Part shown: positions 13,099-26,582 of the stretch, piece after piece | Position numbering within the stretch: position 1 is the stretch's first letter | Layout of the letters: each line of letters opens with the position of its first letter | Assembly (NCBI GenBank): GCA_964016885.1 | Contig: OZ024750.1 | Location: 24,490,001-24,554,000, forward strand | DNA: 64,000 nucleotides | Direction of reading: 5' to 3' | Source of the DNA: Eledone cirrhosa | Taxonomy: Eukaryota | Translations under genes and position numbers: made by a program | Notes under the pieces: model-generated | Told to the model about the DNA's origin: nothing | Databases searched by the model: none | What the model saw: only the letters and a program-made list of their open reading frames with translations

Positions 13099-13198
13099 GA
13101 GAGTAATGTAAATGATAAAGGGTTAAAACTAAACATTGAAGATTTTTCAGTGGTGCTTCATGGCATTCATCTTTTTATATATTTTATTATCATTCCAG

Positions 13199-13660
13199 CA
13201 ATTGATGGCTCTTTTAATAATGCGTCAAATTATTGGAAATGTGAAGGAAGCTTTGTTACCATATATCATGTGGCACTTTCGTATGATAAAGGCTGGATTG
13301 ATTACAACAGTGGAATCACCAGAGAAAGAATGGGAAGTTCCAGTAAACTCGGAGAAAGGGCAACCCCAGAAGTTTGATCCATCAACAGCCGAAGAAAAAG
13401 AAGAAATCCCTGTTGTGGAGACAAATAATAGAAGTGACCCTGTGGCAACGGAAATGGCGGCAGAAGTGCAGGAAAATGGTGAGACTGAAGAGAAAGTTCC
13501 AGAGAATGAAGATGAGAAACAATCTCTTCTTGGAGTAGATGGAGGAAAAGGGGACGGTGGAGATGGTATGTCTGACAAGGATAATATAGAACTTCCTCCT
13601 CGGAAACCTGCAACAGTCAACTCACCAAGTCAAGCAGAAGTTGAAAGTACAATGAGTGAG
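13199..13660 (+). CDS. ANO8: Anoctamin-8 exon (TM6 plus acidic loop)
   Basis: QLMALLIMRQIIGNVKEALLPY, then E/D-rich loop ending SQAEVESTMSE; AG/GT flanks. Confidence 0.92.
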
Positions 13661-13689
13661 GTGAGAACTAGATATATTCTGTACTAACT

Positions 13690-14520
13690 CCATAACACCA
13701 ACGGTGTCATCATCACTATGAACACCACCAACATCATCATCATCACTATGAACACCACCAACATCATCATCATCACTATGAACACAACCACCATCATCAT
13801 CATCACTACCAATACCACCAACATCATCACCATCACCACCAGCACCACCATCACTACCAGCACCACCATTACTACCAATATCACCATTACTACCAGCACC
13901 ACCATCACTACCAATATCACCATCACTACTACCATTACCATCATTACCATCACTACCAACACCACCATCACTACCATCACTACCAATACCACCATTACCA
14001 TCACCATCACTACCAACACCATCACTACCATCACTACCACCATCACCATCACTACCAACACCACCATTACCATCACACCAATAACACCATTACCATCACT
14101 ATCACTACCAACACCACCATTACCAACACCACCATCACTACCATTACCACCATTACCATCACCATCACTACCATCACCATCACCATCACTACCATCACCC
14201 CTATACCATCACTACCACTACCATTACCACCACTACCAACACCACCATTACCAACACCACCATCACTACCATTACCATCACCATCACTACCACCATCATT
14301 ACCATCACTACCACCATCACCATCACTACCAACACCATCACCACTACCAACACCAACACCACCATCACTACCATTACCATTACCATCACCATCACTACCA
14401 CCATCATTACCATCACTACCAACATCACCATTACCATCACTACCAGCAGTATCACCATCACCACCACAACCAACACCACCATTACCAACACCATCGCCAT
14501 CCCCATCCCTACCACCACTT
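13690..14520. repeat. Degenerate (CAC/CAT/TAC)n trinucleotide repeat
   Basis: Directly visible; source of the spurious poly-T/H/V ORFs. Confidence 0.95.
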
Positions 14521-14639
14521 TCCTTCGACCCCCAAATCAACATTGTGACCCTTCTTGATATATCTAATATATTTTGCCAGGAAAAAGAAAAAAAGTGGGG
14601 ACGGATGGTGAGGGGACAAACTCTACACTCTTGGCTGGA

Positions 14640-14679
<40 letters not shown>

Positions 14680-15042
14680 CATCATCATCATCATCATCAT
14701 TTTACGTCCGCTTTTTAGAGCTTTGGGCTTGCAATTGTGAGGTTGTGAGTTCAATTCTTAGACTGGTTGATGCGTTGCATTCTTGAGCAAGACACTTTAT
14801 TACATGTTGCTCCAGTTCATTCAGATGTAGAAATGAATTGTGATGTCACTGGTGCCAAGCTATAATGGCCTTAGCCTTTCCCTTGGACAACATTGGTGGA
14901 GTGGAGAGAGGAGACTGGTATGCATGGGTGACTGTTGGGTCCTCCTCAAACAACCTTGCTCAGACTTGTGCCTCAGAGGGGAACTTTCTAGGTGCAAATC
15001 CCATCGTCATTCGTGACCGAAGGGGGTCTTTGTTTGTTGTAT

Positions 15043-15692
15043 ATTACCACACGCCACCATCATATTACCACTCCATACCAACATAATACCCCATCCCTTA
15101 CTCCCCTACCCATCAACATATTACCTCCTCCCCCACCAACATATTACCCCCCCCCCCCACCCCCACCAACATATTACCACCCCACCATCATATTACCACT
15201 CCATACCAACATAATACCCCATCCCTTACTCCCCACCCACCAACATATTACCCCCTCCCCCACCATCATATTACCACTCCATACCAACATAATACCCCAT
15301 CCCTTACCCCCCACCCACCAACATATTACCCCCTCCCCCACCAACATATTACCCCCACCCTTGCCACCATCATATTACCACTCCATACCAACATAATACC
15401 CCATCCCTTACTCCCCACCCACCAACATATTACCCCCACCCCACCATCATATTACCACTCCATACCAACATAATACCGCATCCCTTACCCCCCACCCAAC
15501 ATATTACCCCCCCCACCATCATATTACCACATCACACTTTACCAACATGTTACCCCACTTCAACATCATATTACTATACCATGCTAACATAATACCTCTA
15601 TCCCCAACATATTACCACACTGTGCCAACATAAATACCACACCACACCTCATTTCAGCTCACCAACATATTACCTCACCCCACCAACATATT
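15043..15692. repeat. C-rich minisatellite
   Basis: Recurring ccaacatattacccc and catcatattaccactccataccaacataatacc motifs. Confidence 0.9.
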
Positions 15693-15737
15693 AGCACCAG
15701 AATCTCTGGATTGATTCCTGGTTTTCTCTTCCTGCAG

Positions 15738-15935
15738 TATGAAGACACATTTGAAGACTACCTGGAGATGTTTATTCAGTTTGGTTATGTGACTCTCTTC
15801 TCTTCAGCATTTCCTCTTGCTGCTCTCTGTGCATTGCTGAACAATGTTATAGAGATACGGTCGGATGCATTTAAACTATGCATGACTTGCCGACGACCTT
15901 TTGGTCAGCAAGTCGAAAATATTGGAACTTGGGCT
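15738..15935 (+). CDS. ANO8: Anoctamin-8 exon (TM7-8)
   Basis: YEDTFEDYLEMFIQFGYVTLFSSAFPLAALCALLNNVIEIRSDAFKL...NIGTW. Confidence 0.96.
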
Positions 15936-17442
15936 GTAAGTTTTGAAGACAAGTTATTTCTTCCTGGTTATATTCTTAACCTTTTAATACCAACCCAGCT
16001 AGATTTGACATAAAACTGCTTATTTTAACCCTTTCATGACTGTATTTCTAATGAAATACACACTATTTCAATTAATTAATGAAGAATTTTGAGGATTTAC
16101 TAAAGTTATTAATTATTTCATTGCTAAGATAGTAACTTAACCCTTTAGTATTTAAACCGCCCATATCCAGCCAGAATTCTCTCACCTCTTTCTGTTCAAA
16201 CTGGCTGTAACCGGCCACTCATACAATAAATAGTATCAAAATCTCATAGATTCGATATTATGTGAGATAATGATGTGAAGTGAAGTCTTTTCTGTAAAAT
16301 ACAATAGTAAATTTAGAGTAATGTAAATGCTAAAAGGTTAATGTAAGGTTCTTATATAATATTATATTGGAAGATTTTAACTTAAATTGGAAACCTTTAA
16401 AATAGGTGACTTTATTTCATAGAACCAGAGATGGGTTTGGCCGGGCTGGTAACAAAAGGGTTAAAACGTTTATCTTTACATTAAATCTTTTCATCATAAT
16501 TGTATCTTAAAAACTTTTTCCTAAGTAATGTTCTAAATATCAGCTTATTAATGAAAAACTTAGTTATTTTTATTAAAATCCTCTAAATGTTTAATTATTT
16601 ACAAAATTAATTAAAACACGTAGGTTCTGTATTTTGTTAGAAATACAGTAATGAAAGGTTTAAATTACATTTTGCGAATTATTTTAGTTTAGATATTAAA
16701 TTGTTTATGAAGCACCTGAGATATATGTTAATAATATGTAATATGTAAATAAGCTGTTAACAAAAATAGTTAGTTTACAAAACCTATACAGGAAGATATC
16801 TAGTGTAAAAAAAGCATTGCTGGTGATGGATAAAAACTCTGAAATACATGTATACAATGCTTTTACACAGATAAAATCACAGCTTAAAATACAACAAAAC
16901 TAAATGTATGTTTATTGTACATAAACATGTTGTATATGAGTTCATATATATATATGCCTATTCCAAACCATGCTGTATTAGTGTTAATTAGTGTTATCAC
17001 TAATTAATACTATCCAGTCAAGCTTGAACTATATGTAAATAAGTCTTCAACAGAAATGTTAATATAAAACATTCCTCGATAACTCTTAACTATCAGCATG
17101 TTATAGGTGCCTTATGTTGCCAATAGAGTAATCTCCCCTTAATACATAATGCAATGTCAAGGGAAGCAATTCATAAAAAAATTCAGCATGCTAAAGATTA
17201 ATATCATGTAAAAAATAGTATGAAATATCTAAAACCAGGTTTGTTAATTCAATTGGTAATATTATCATTACTACTGGACAGTAGTAACGATAGTAAAAAT
17301 TTGAAGTAAACTAAAGTAAAGACTTTGATTTTTTTCTTGTGATTCACTTATAATGCTGCTTTGTTGATTCCAAAAATGTTTTGCTAATGAGGTTTCATGC
17401 AGTGCAGGATGTGAAGAGTTAAAAGAGATCTTCTATTTTCAG

Positions 17443-17574
17443 GATGCTTTGATGTTAATGGGTATTCTGGCTGTGATAGTTAACTGTGCTCTGATTGGTG
17501 TGTTTGGTCACATGACGAGAATTGTACCAGGATTGGATAGTACATCATATCTCTTCCTCATAATTGTACTTGAG
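17443..17574 (+). CDS. ANO8: Anoctamin-8 exon (absent from ORF track)
   Basis: DALMLMGILAVIVNCALIG...LIIVLE; AG/GT flanks. Confidence 0.92.
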
Positions 17575-18057
17575 GTTTGTGCATTTATCATTTATAGCTT
17601 CCTTTATAGTTGATATGATCAGAGAAGGACAGTGTCTATGACCATTTTTAAGAGGCCTCTCAGATCAAAATGGGAAAATGAAGAAGCCTGACATGGTTCT
17701 TCATAAAGGCAATTCCTGTTTCAGCAGGGAAAATAAATGTTAAATGATGATGTTGATATCTGAGGGCCAACACACCTCTAGCTGCTGATTACCTATCCTT
17801 TGAGGTAAATTTTACCCAATGCCGTCATCGACGGCATTTTGGTGTTTCAACAGCTTCCTTGCATTGAGCTTTTCCCATTATTCTATGAATTCTAATACAC
17901 TTACATTTCAAATTTGATATTTGAGATAATTTTGTTTATAATTTGTTTTGCAAGATTTCTTATCTGAAAACGTGTGTTGAAACAGATATTGATATGGCAT
18001 GGTCTTGTAACTCCTGAGGGAGTCATAGGGGTGCTGTATTGACATATATTTATATAT

Positions 18058-18109
<52 letters not shown>

Positions 18110-18377
18110 ATACATACATACACACACACATATATATATATATATATAAATGTTTTATATATATATAAAGGTATATAAGATATCGATTTCAAGACAAAAT
18201 CAATAACAGCAACACATGGTGATGAAACATATGTAAATGCTAGAAATAAACCTTACTTGCTTCATCATCACCATCATCATCATCATCATCGTTTAACGTC
18301 CATCTTCCACGCTTGCATGGGTTTGGACGGGAGTTTTCCACTTGAGGCAAGATTGGTTGTCTTGCTCGTATAGGACT

Positions 18378-18936
18378 GTCTGGCGGGTTTTCTATGGCTG
18401 GATGCCCTTCCTAACACCAACCACGTTTACAGTGTGGACTGGGAGGTTTTTACCGTGTTACCTACACGGCCACATTACAGCGTGGATTGTGTGTGTTTTT
18501 TTTTGTCGTGACACCTACACGTCTGGTGGGTTTTCTATGGCTGAGTGCCCTTCCCAACACCAACCACGTTTACAGTGTGGACTGGGAGGTTTTTATCGTG
18601 TTACCTACACGGCCACATTACAGCATGGACTGTGTGTTTTTTTGTCGTGACACCTACACGTCTGGTGGGTTTTCTATGGCTGAGTGCCCTTCCCAACACC
18701 AACCACGTTTACAGTGTGGACTGGGAGGTTTTTATCGTGTTACCTACACGGCCACATTACAGCATGGACTGTGTGTTTTTTTGTCGTGACACCTACACGT
18801 CTGGTGGGTTTTCTACGGCTGAGTGCCCTTCCCAACACCAACCACGTTTACAGTGTGGACTGGGAGGTTTTTACCGTGTTACCTACACAGCCACATTACA
18901 GCGTGGACTGTGTGTTTTTTTGTCGTGACACCTACA
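18378..18936. repeat. 139-bp tandem repeat, about 4 copies
   Basis: ORF track repeats at 18545, 18684 and 18823 (139-bp spacing). Confidence 0.95.
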
Positions 18937-19370
18937 CAACCTCATTCGTTTCGGACTGGATGTTGTGGTACCAACATAACTTTACATCGAAAGGGGCGGT
19001 GTGGATGGGGTGGGGGTGGTGTGTCAAGGGTGTATTTCGGTTAAGAGGTGCCTACTGACTGTAGGTTTCGCTTTGTACTCAGGCAAGGCGGGTCTTCTGT
19101 ATTACTATGTAGTGCCAAAGATCTCGGTCCAGTGACATTGTCTTGGAGAGGTGTAAGTGTGTAAGGTCGGAATTTATCAAGTCGTCCCAGGTTTTTCTGG
19201 GTCTGCCTACTCCGTGGCTACCGTCTATTTTTTGCTTATATGTGTTAATCCTCTTTTTACCTTTTATATATATATATATATACTTCTATTTAACTATTCT
19301 ATTATCAACCTTGATCCCCCTCTATGATTATTTCTACTAAGCCATCCTATTGCCCACTTTCACCCTACAG

Positions 19371-19481
19371 CATGTCATACTTGCAGTGAAGATGTGGATT
19401 GCTTATGCCATACCTGACATTCCCCAGTGGGTAGCTACAGAAATGTCACGCCTTGATTTTCTACGCAGAGAAGCTTTCAAG
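19371..19481 (+). CDS. ANO8: Anoctamin-8 exon
   Basis: HVILAVKMWIAYAIPDIPQWVATEMSRLDFLRREAFK; AG/GT flanks. Confidence 0.93.
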
Positions 19482-19761
19482 GTAACTAACTGTTTCATGT
19501 GTGTGTGTATATATATATACATATTAGTCTAACCCATGCCAGTGTGGAAAAGTTGATGTTAAACGATGATGATGATCATCATCATTATCATCATACGTTC
19601 ACTTTCCCCTGCTTGCAAGGGGACTGAAGCAAGGGGATTGAAGCAAGGGGATTGTTTAATTGGAAGTTTCACTGAAGCTACTAACTAAATTTTGAAGCAG
19701 TTTTGTGGAGCCTTTTATATTGTTATTATAATTTATTTTGTTGTTTTTTAACTACTTTCAG

Positions 19762-20043
19762 AAACTTGACTCACACCAGCCTCATAATAATATTGCTCAC
19801 ACATTATTGAGGCAGGAGAACTCAGTTCGTTCACAGTCATTACCACCAATATCAAGTCAGAATTCTAACAGTAAAACCCCACCACCACCACCGCCACCAT
19901 CATCACATATCTCCGAATCTACTGCCGACACAATGCCTGTCGGAGAAACAGTGTACATCACCAGACCTACCACATTCCAGGAATCTCTCAATTCACAGCT
20001 TCGTCACAGACAACCTCCATCAGTATCGGCCGGAAATTCATGA
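19762..20043 (+). CDS. ANO8: Anoctamin-8 last coding exon
   Basis: tttcag acceptor in phase 0; Pro/Ser-rich tail ending at TGA 20041-20043. Confidence 0.8.
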   Translation, partial: KLDSHQPHNNIAHTLLRQENSVRSQSLPPISSQNSNSKTPPPPPPPSSHISESTADTMPVGETVYITRPTTFQESLNSQLRHRQPPSVSAGNS

Positions 20044-21897
20044 AATACTAACTATAACTAACACACAACAACCACAACAACAACCATCTTCATTATTTAA
20101 CTTGTGAAAAAAAAAAACACTATGAGATAATTCATTCAAATAAATCATCTTCTCTTCTAGAAGAATTAACCATTTCGTTACAATATTTATAAAGAAAGAC
20201 ACTCTCTGTGGTTACAAGTAATTTTTAAAATAATCAGTTTTGGAGGGCTTTTGTGGTATAACAAAGTTTTTCATTATTAACTCCTTCGTTGCCATATCTC
20301 TAATGAAAGATACTGCTTATGATTTTCAAATAATTTTACCCTTTCATTACAATATTTCTAATGGAAGATACTATTTATGGCTTTCAAATCATTCAAAAGT
20401 ATTCAAGCATTTCAAGGGCTTTAGTGATACAATTAACTTAATTTTTTATTAATCATTTCATTAGCATATTTCTAATGAAAGATATTTTCTGAAATTATGA
20501 TCAAAGATTTTTAGAGAAACACTTTAACTCTTTTGTTATTATATTTCTAATGATTTTCAATAAATTTAACAATAATCAAGAATTTGGAGGGACTTAGTAA
20601 TAAACTTCCTCATTATTAAGCTGGGCGGTGAATTGGCAGTATCGGTAGAGGGTTGGACGCCATGCTTTCTAGCATAGTTATGTCCCTTTACGGTCTGAGT
20701 TCAAATCCCGTCGAGGTTAACTTTGCCTTTCATCCTTACGGGGTCGATAAAATAAAGTACCAGTAATGTACTGGGTAATTGATGGCCTTGTGCCAAAAGT
20801 AGAAACAATTATTAAGCTGGAATTTGGAGGATAACTTAAAGGTTCTTACATAAAATTATGATGGAAGGTTTTTAGATAAATATAAACACCTTAAAACAGA
20901 TTTGTATTATAGAACCAGGGCTGGTTTCAGCTTTTTTAGTATTAAAAGGATTAACCCTCAGCATTTACATTACTCTATGTATACTATTGTATTTTTGTGG
21001 TAAAGGTTTTATCTCACTTAATATCGAATCTATGAGATTTTGATGTTATTTATTTTGAGAAAAATACCCTGACATCAGTATGAGCAGCTAGTTACATGGT
21101 TTGAACAGAAAAAGATGAGAGAATTCTGTTCTGGCCAGATATGGCTGGTTTAAATGCTAAAGGGTTAAGTCAACAAAGATACATAAACACAAAAATGGTT
21201 AACAATTTCTTTAATAATTCTAACATTTTTTCATTGATCTATTTCCAATTTAAAACCTAATTGATACGTATTCTTGTGTAAGATGTTGTTATTGGTTTTA
21301 TCTTGCCAAGAGTGAATTTTATCCAAAATATCTTTTTTTTTGTTTTTATGTATTGTTTTACTGAGACATTGTGGCTTTGGGGTTTAATTTGTCACATTGC
21401 GACATTAATAATGACTACTACTATTACTACAGTCAGAGAATTATAATACTTTGCTTCTCTCAGTCAGCCTGGCTGACAAATAGGCCACATGTTTCTCTGT
21501 TAAGTGAGTGACAGTATGATGAGGCAGTCACATGACTAGAACATCCATTTACCGCAGCAATATGCAAACAACCATAGATCCAACACCATCTCACACAAAC
21601 ATCCTTATTCATGTGACAAAAAGGCAATAACCATTTTAAAATATTAAAAAAATGGCTCAAATTTAAAACACTAAAATATTTATAAAGTTGTATAATTTAT
21701 TTCGTTTTTAAATTATTGTTAACTTTTCACCAAAAGATAATCATTTAGATTTTATATTCAACTCGGTAACATTTTCAAATATAAATATTTTATTTGGTGT
21801 CACATTGCGTTTATCTTGATTTTTATTGATTTCATAATTCTATCATTCATTCCAGTCAAATAAACATATCTCTCACTTGTTGGCTAATATATATATA

Positions 21898-21933
<36 letters not shown>

Positions 21934-22974
21934 TTTACATCTGCTTTTCCCTGCTTGCGAGTGGATCTACTCTGCCATAGGTGTCCAAGCAAAGGGACCC
22001 ACTCAGCCTGCTACTTTTCACACTGGCTGGTGATGACATCGCTTGCTCAGTCTGCTTACCCTTTAAGGTCTGGTGCTTTGATGAAGCGACTCTGTGAGAT
22101 TCGACTGAATCTGTTGCTGAGGACCTATAAGGCGTTTGTAGCTGGATATCAACCTACCTGTACAATCCAAGGTCACCAATGTGAACTAAGCTATGTTGAA
22201 TACAAAGAAACTGGACTCCATCTTGTCCTGACTGGGGGTCAGCTGACCCTGAAGGACACTATCGAGGACAACTGAGAGATTACCCCTAACCGATGTATGC
22301 TCAGCACTCTTCCTCCTGAGGAACTACCTTGCTCACCTCTAAATGCTCTTCACTGTACGTGGTGCACTTTGCCACCCTCTAGTTGATCAACTTGTCAAAC
22401 TTGATGCCGCCATCCAATGATGTGCCAAACTCATGCAATGTGTGCTTTTTTTTTTTCTCCAACCACTTTCATGCCATTATAAGCTGGCTACCTTCCATAC
22501 CATGCTGTTCTCAATGAGACAAAAATGCATGGCCGAGACGGTGCAGGCTAGACCAAGAGGATAGTTAAAGGCTGGATGGCTAGACAAACTCCCCTTTCCG
22601 TTGGGGTAGGTGTCTCATCTGGTATACAACCTAAATTTACACCTCTAGCGGTAACCTGCATTCTGCAACTAGCCATGGCTTTGCTACCAACAAGGCTTAT
22701 TAGGGTTCACTATCATAATATTGGCCAATAATAGGCTTTTGGTTGAGCCTGTCCCAGTGGAAACTTACAGTGTTTTGGGACCCGTGGAACACATCCCTTC
22801 TCACTCTTATTGGAGCAGAGTTGCTGCCTGCAGATTTCAGCTCCACGAGGCATTTTCGTGTTTTAACAGCTTCCTTGCGTTGTGTTTTCCCCATTATTCT
22901 ACTATGAAATCTAATGCACTTACGTTTCAAACTCGATATTCGAGATAACTTTGTTTATATATATATATATATAA

Positions 22975-23025
<51 letters not shown>

Positions 23026-23282
23026 GTGTATTTTGCAATAATACACTTTATGCTTAATTAAAAGCATTTTGAAGACATTACGTTATTGTTTTAAAGTAGT
23101 GACTATGTCACTTACTTCTTTTTTCAACAAACAAAGGGAGATAAGCTGACAGATCTCTGTTTCATACTGATCTTTGTTTGTTGAAAATTATTAATGTCCG
23201 ATTCTTATAGAATTCCAGTAATAATCAGGAACTGATTATACAGAGTGGTTGCGGCTCCAACAAAAATTCAGAGCACTAATTC

Positions 23283-23326
<44 letters not shown>

Positions 23327-26300
23327 ATAGTTGCGACAGTAAACAAAAAACAACGTGTAAGCGAAGAGGTAGTACAAATATTAATATTAGTTTCAAATAT
23401 ATATATTTGAGAAAAATACTTTAACGTCAGTATGGTTTGAACGGAAAGAGATGAGAGAATTCTGTTGTGGCCAGATATGGCCGGGTGAAACAGATATTGT
23501 TATACTTTATTGACAGCATGACACACTATATATATATATATGTATATAAGTATGTAAACGGTAAACAGAAATAACAACACAATCGGTACAGTATATGGAA
23601 GGTATGTATTAGGTTAACGCTTGATATAGCAGGAAGAGGGTCTTAACGTTTCGGACGCTAGTCCTTCAGACGAAGAAAGAATGAGAAATAAAATAAATTG
23701 AGTGGTATATGGCATGGTCTCGTAACTCCTGATAGATGCAAGGAAGATAACTCTAAACGCCTTCGGTTCAAGAACTAATGTAGTAGTCTCCCTTTCAAAG
23801 TTGTTTATATTCATACACACATACACACTCACTCTCTCTCTCGTACACACATACACACACACATAAACAACACAATACTAATCAAATCTCTGATAAAGGC
23901 ATATAGCTACTAATTAATGGAGTAGACATCAAACAGTGGTTGCTCTAGTCTTAACATTAACTTCTATATAAATGTAGACACATTGAGTTATATTTATCTA
24001 TAAAAATACCATATTTATAATAGAGCACTAATGCTTAGCACTAAATAATAACTGTAAACCTTAGGTTTGATGAAAGTGGATGGCAACAGGCCGCCTTACC
24101 CATCAGATATTGAGGTTTTGGTCACTGGTCTCCAGTGCCAGTGGCTCTGTATCTTGCCATCCCCTCGTTCTGTGATCCACAACACAACTGAACTGTGATC
24201 GGGTAACACGAGGTGGTCTATGCAACATAGAACCTCCTTATATTTAAGGAACCTCTACATAGTCGCTTCACCTGCCGGTAATAGCAGCCAAATTTTCCTC
24301 AAATCAAATAAAGACAAAGGTATATTCATCAAGGATCCCCCTAAAAATTGGAGATGGTCACATCTGGAATGGTTTCACTAAATAACAGTTACCTTTTATA
24401 TAATCTATTGATATCCTTGACACAATACATCTATGGTGTAAAGAATACATGCTTGCTACAAACCATTATGATGTTCTAAAGGGGAAAAAATGGCAGTATC
24501 GGTAAAGTGTCTGACACCATGCTTTGCAGCACAGAGTTAGAGCCCTTTACGTTCTGAGTTCTAATCCTGCCGAGGTTAGCTTTGCCTTTCATCTTTATGG
24601 AGTCAATAAAATAAAGCACCAGTAATGCACTGGGGGTAATTTCTGACCATTATAACGTTCTAATTTGAATCCTGATTGAAAACAATATATTTCATCTATG
24701 ATGCTAGTATGTATGTGACAGATATTGTTGTAACACAATATTTACACATCTACCTGTAAATATGTAAATTACTGTTGAAATAATAACACAATATTCTTAA
24801 CAAAATAATTTAATGATTTATATGAAGCATTATTTTTTGTGTTAGTGTGCACACTTTATGTACAGGTAACTCAAAAAATAAATGGAAAGTTGTGTATTAT
24901 AATCGATTGTAACTTAGTAAAGTAGTCGATAATATCAATATTGATCTTTGAATTTTCTCCTTCCATTAAAACAAAAATTATTGATTAAGTTCCCCACCCA
25001 TGGTTCATCTTACATTGATTTGTTTCTTAGGCACAATGTCAATTTTTGGTGAGATAAATAATTGAATCAACTCACTATATTGATTTATAACATTGATGTA
25101 GTTTATAAAGAAGGGGTACTCTTGACAGATTTGATTTCATAATGTTCCTAGTAATTACTTTACCACATCCTGAGGAATAAAACACAAATGTATATACAGT
25201 GGACCTACGGCATTCACAGAATTGTAAATATCTTCCGCATATCCACAGAATCGTAAATATCTTCCGCAAATTTTTTATGGCTTTTTTTATGGCAATACAT
25301 ATTTTTTAACACATAAGATGCTCCCTCTTTTTTTTTAAATTATATTTTACGTTATATTTTGACGTTTATAGGCATTTTTATGCACCACGTCGAATATTCG
25401 CGGTTTTTCACTCTTCACAGGTGCTCTAGGAATGTAACTCCTGCAAATACCAGGGGATAACTGAATATTGAGTGTGTAAGACTGAAGCTCATTACTGCTA
25501 TTTTATGGATGTCCATATTTCACAAGATCCTTTTTATTGGAGAAAGTAAGAAATTCTTAACGGTCAATTGCATACACAGAAATAGAGAGGATTAAAAAAA
25601 TATATATATTTATTCGATATTAAAATTAAATGATAGTATTGTAGTTGTGGATGGGCCCCTTTGTCTGTTCCTGGAAACCAATATTTTTAGACCCAGTCCA
25701 CCAATGCCTGTGAGCTTCTACCTGATAGTGTTATGATAAATAATGATTTCTAGTATAGGCACAAGGCCAGTAATTTGGGGGGAGGGGAAAGACGATTAAA
25801 TCGACCCCAGAACGTTACTGGTGCTTTATTTTATCGACCCCGAAATGATGAAAGGCAAAGCTAACTTCGGTGGGATTTGAATCTAGAGTGTAAAGGACCG
25901 TAACTCTATGCTGCAAAGCATGGTGTCCGACTCTCTACCAATTCTGCCAATCCACCGCCCTAATGATAATAATAATAATGGTAATGGACATTGCTCTTCA
26001 TAAAGGCACACAAATTTATGATAAATAATAATGGTTCTAGAGCCTTAACATAAGATATACCACTTATTACAGGTGATTTGATAGAGTGAAAACCTCACAG
26101 AGAGTTGATGTCTAAATTCTGATGAAAGAATCTTGTTTCTGATTTGACTGATGAGAAATTAATCTAAAAAAACCCATATATATACCGATATTAACAATAA
26201 TATACATAAAATACCTACAAGAAGTTATATACATGCTAAATGTATGCAAGCATGCACAATCACATAAACCGAAAGTCCTATAGTAGGATCTCAGAAACAC

Positions 26301-26498
26301 TTATTAAATCTGCCTTGAGGGAAACAAGTGATTTTTGTCCTTTTGTTAGCTTGAAATCTGAAATGAAGATGTTGAATAAATTTCAAGGGACTATGCATAC
26401 ACAAATACACATATGCATATGCACACACATATGGTCATTCAAGGACACATAGGTGCACGTACAGACAATACACTTACACAGACTTACATACTGTGCAT

Positions 26499-26582
<84 letters not shown>

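Noticed and set aside
13684-15396. His/Thr/Pro-rich ORFs resembling histidine-rich proteins or extensins
   Set aside because: Simple repeats inside an ANO8 intron; the flanking exons join in frame without them
21950-22700. Possible coding or structured element between the two genes
   Set aside because: Looks like a decayed LINE fragment joined to an RTE tail; I could not establish a clean ORF or ribozyme fold
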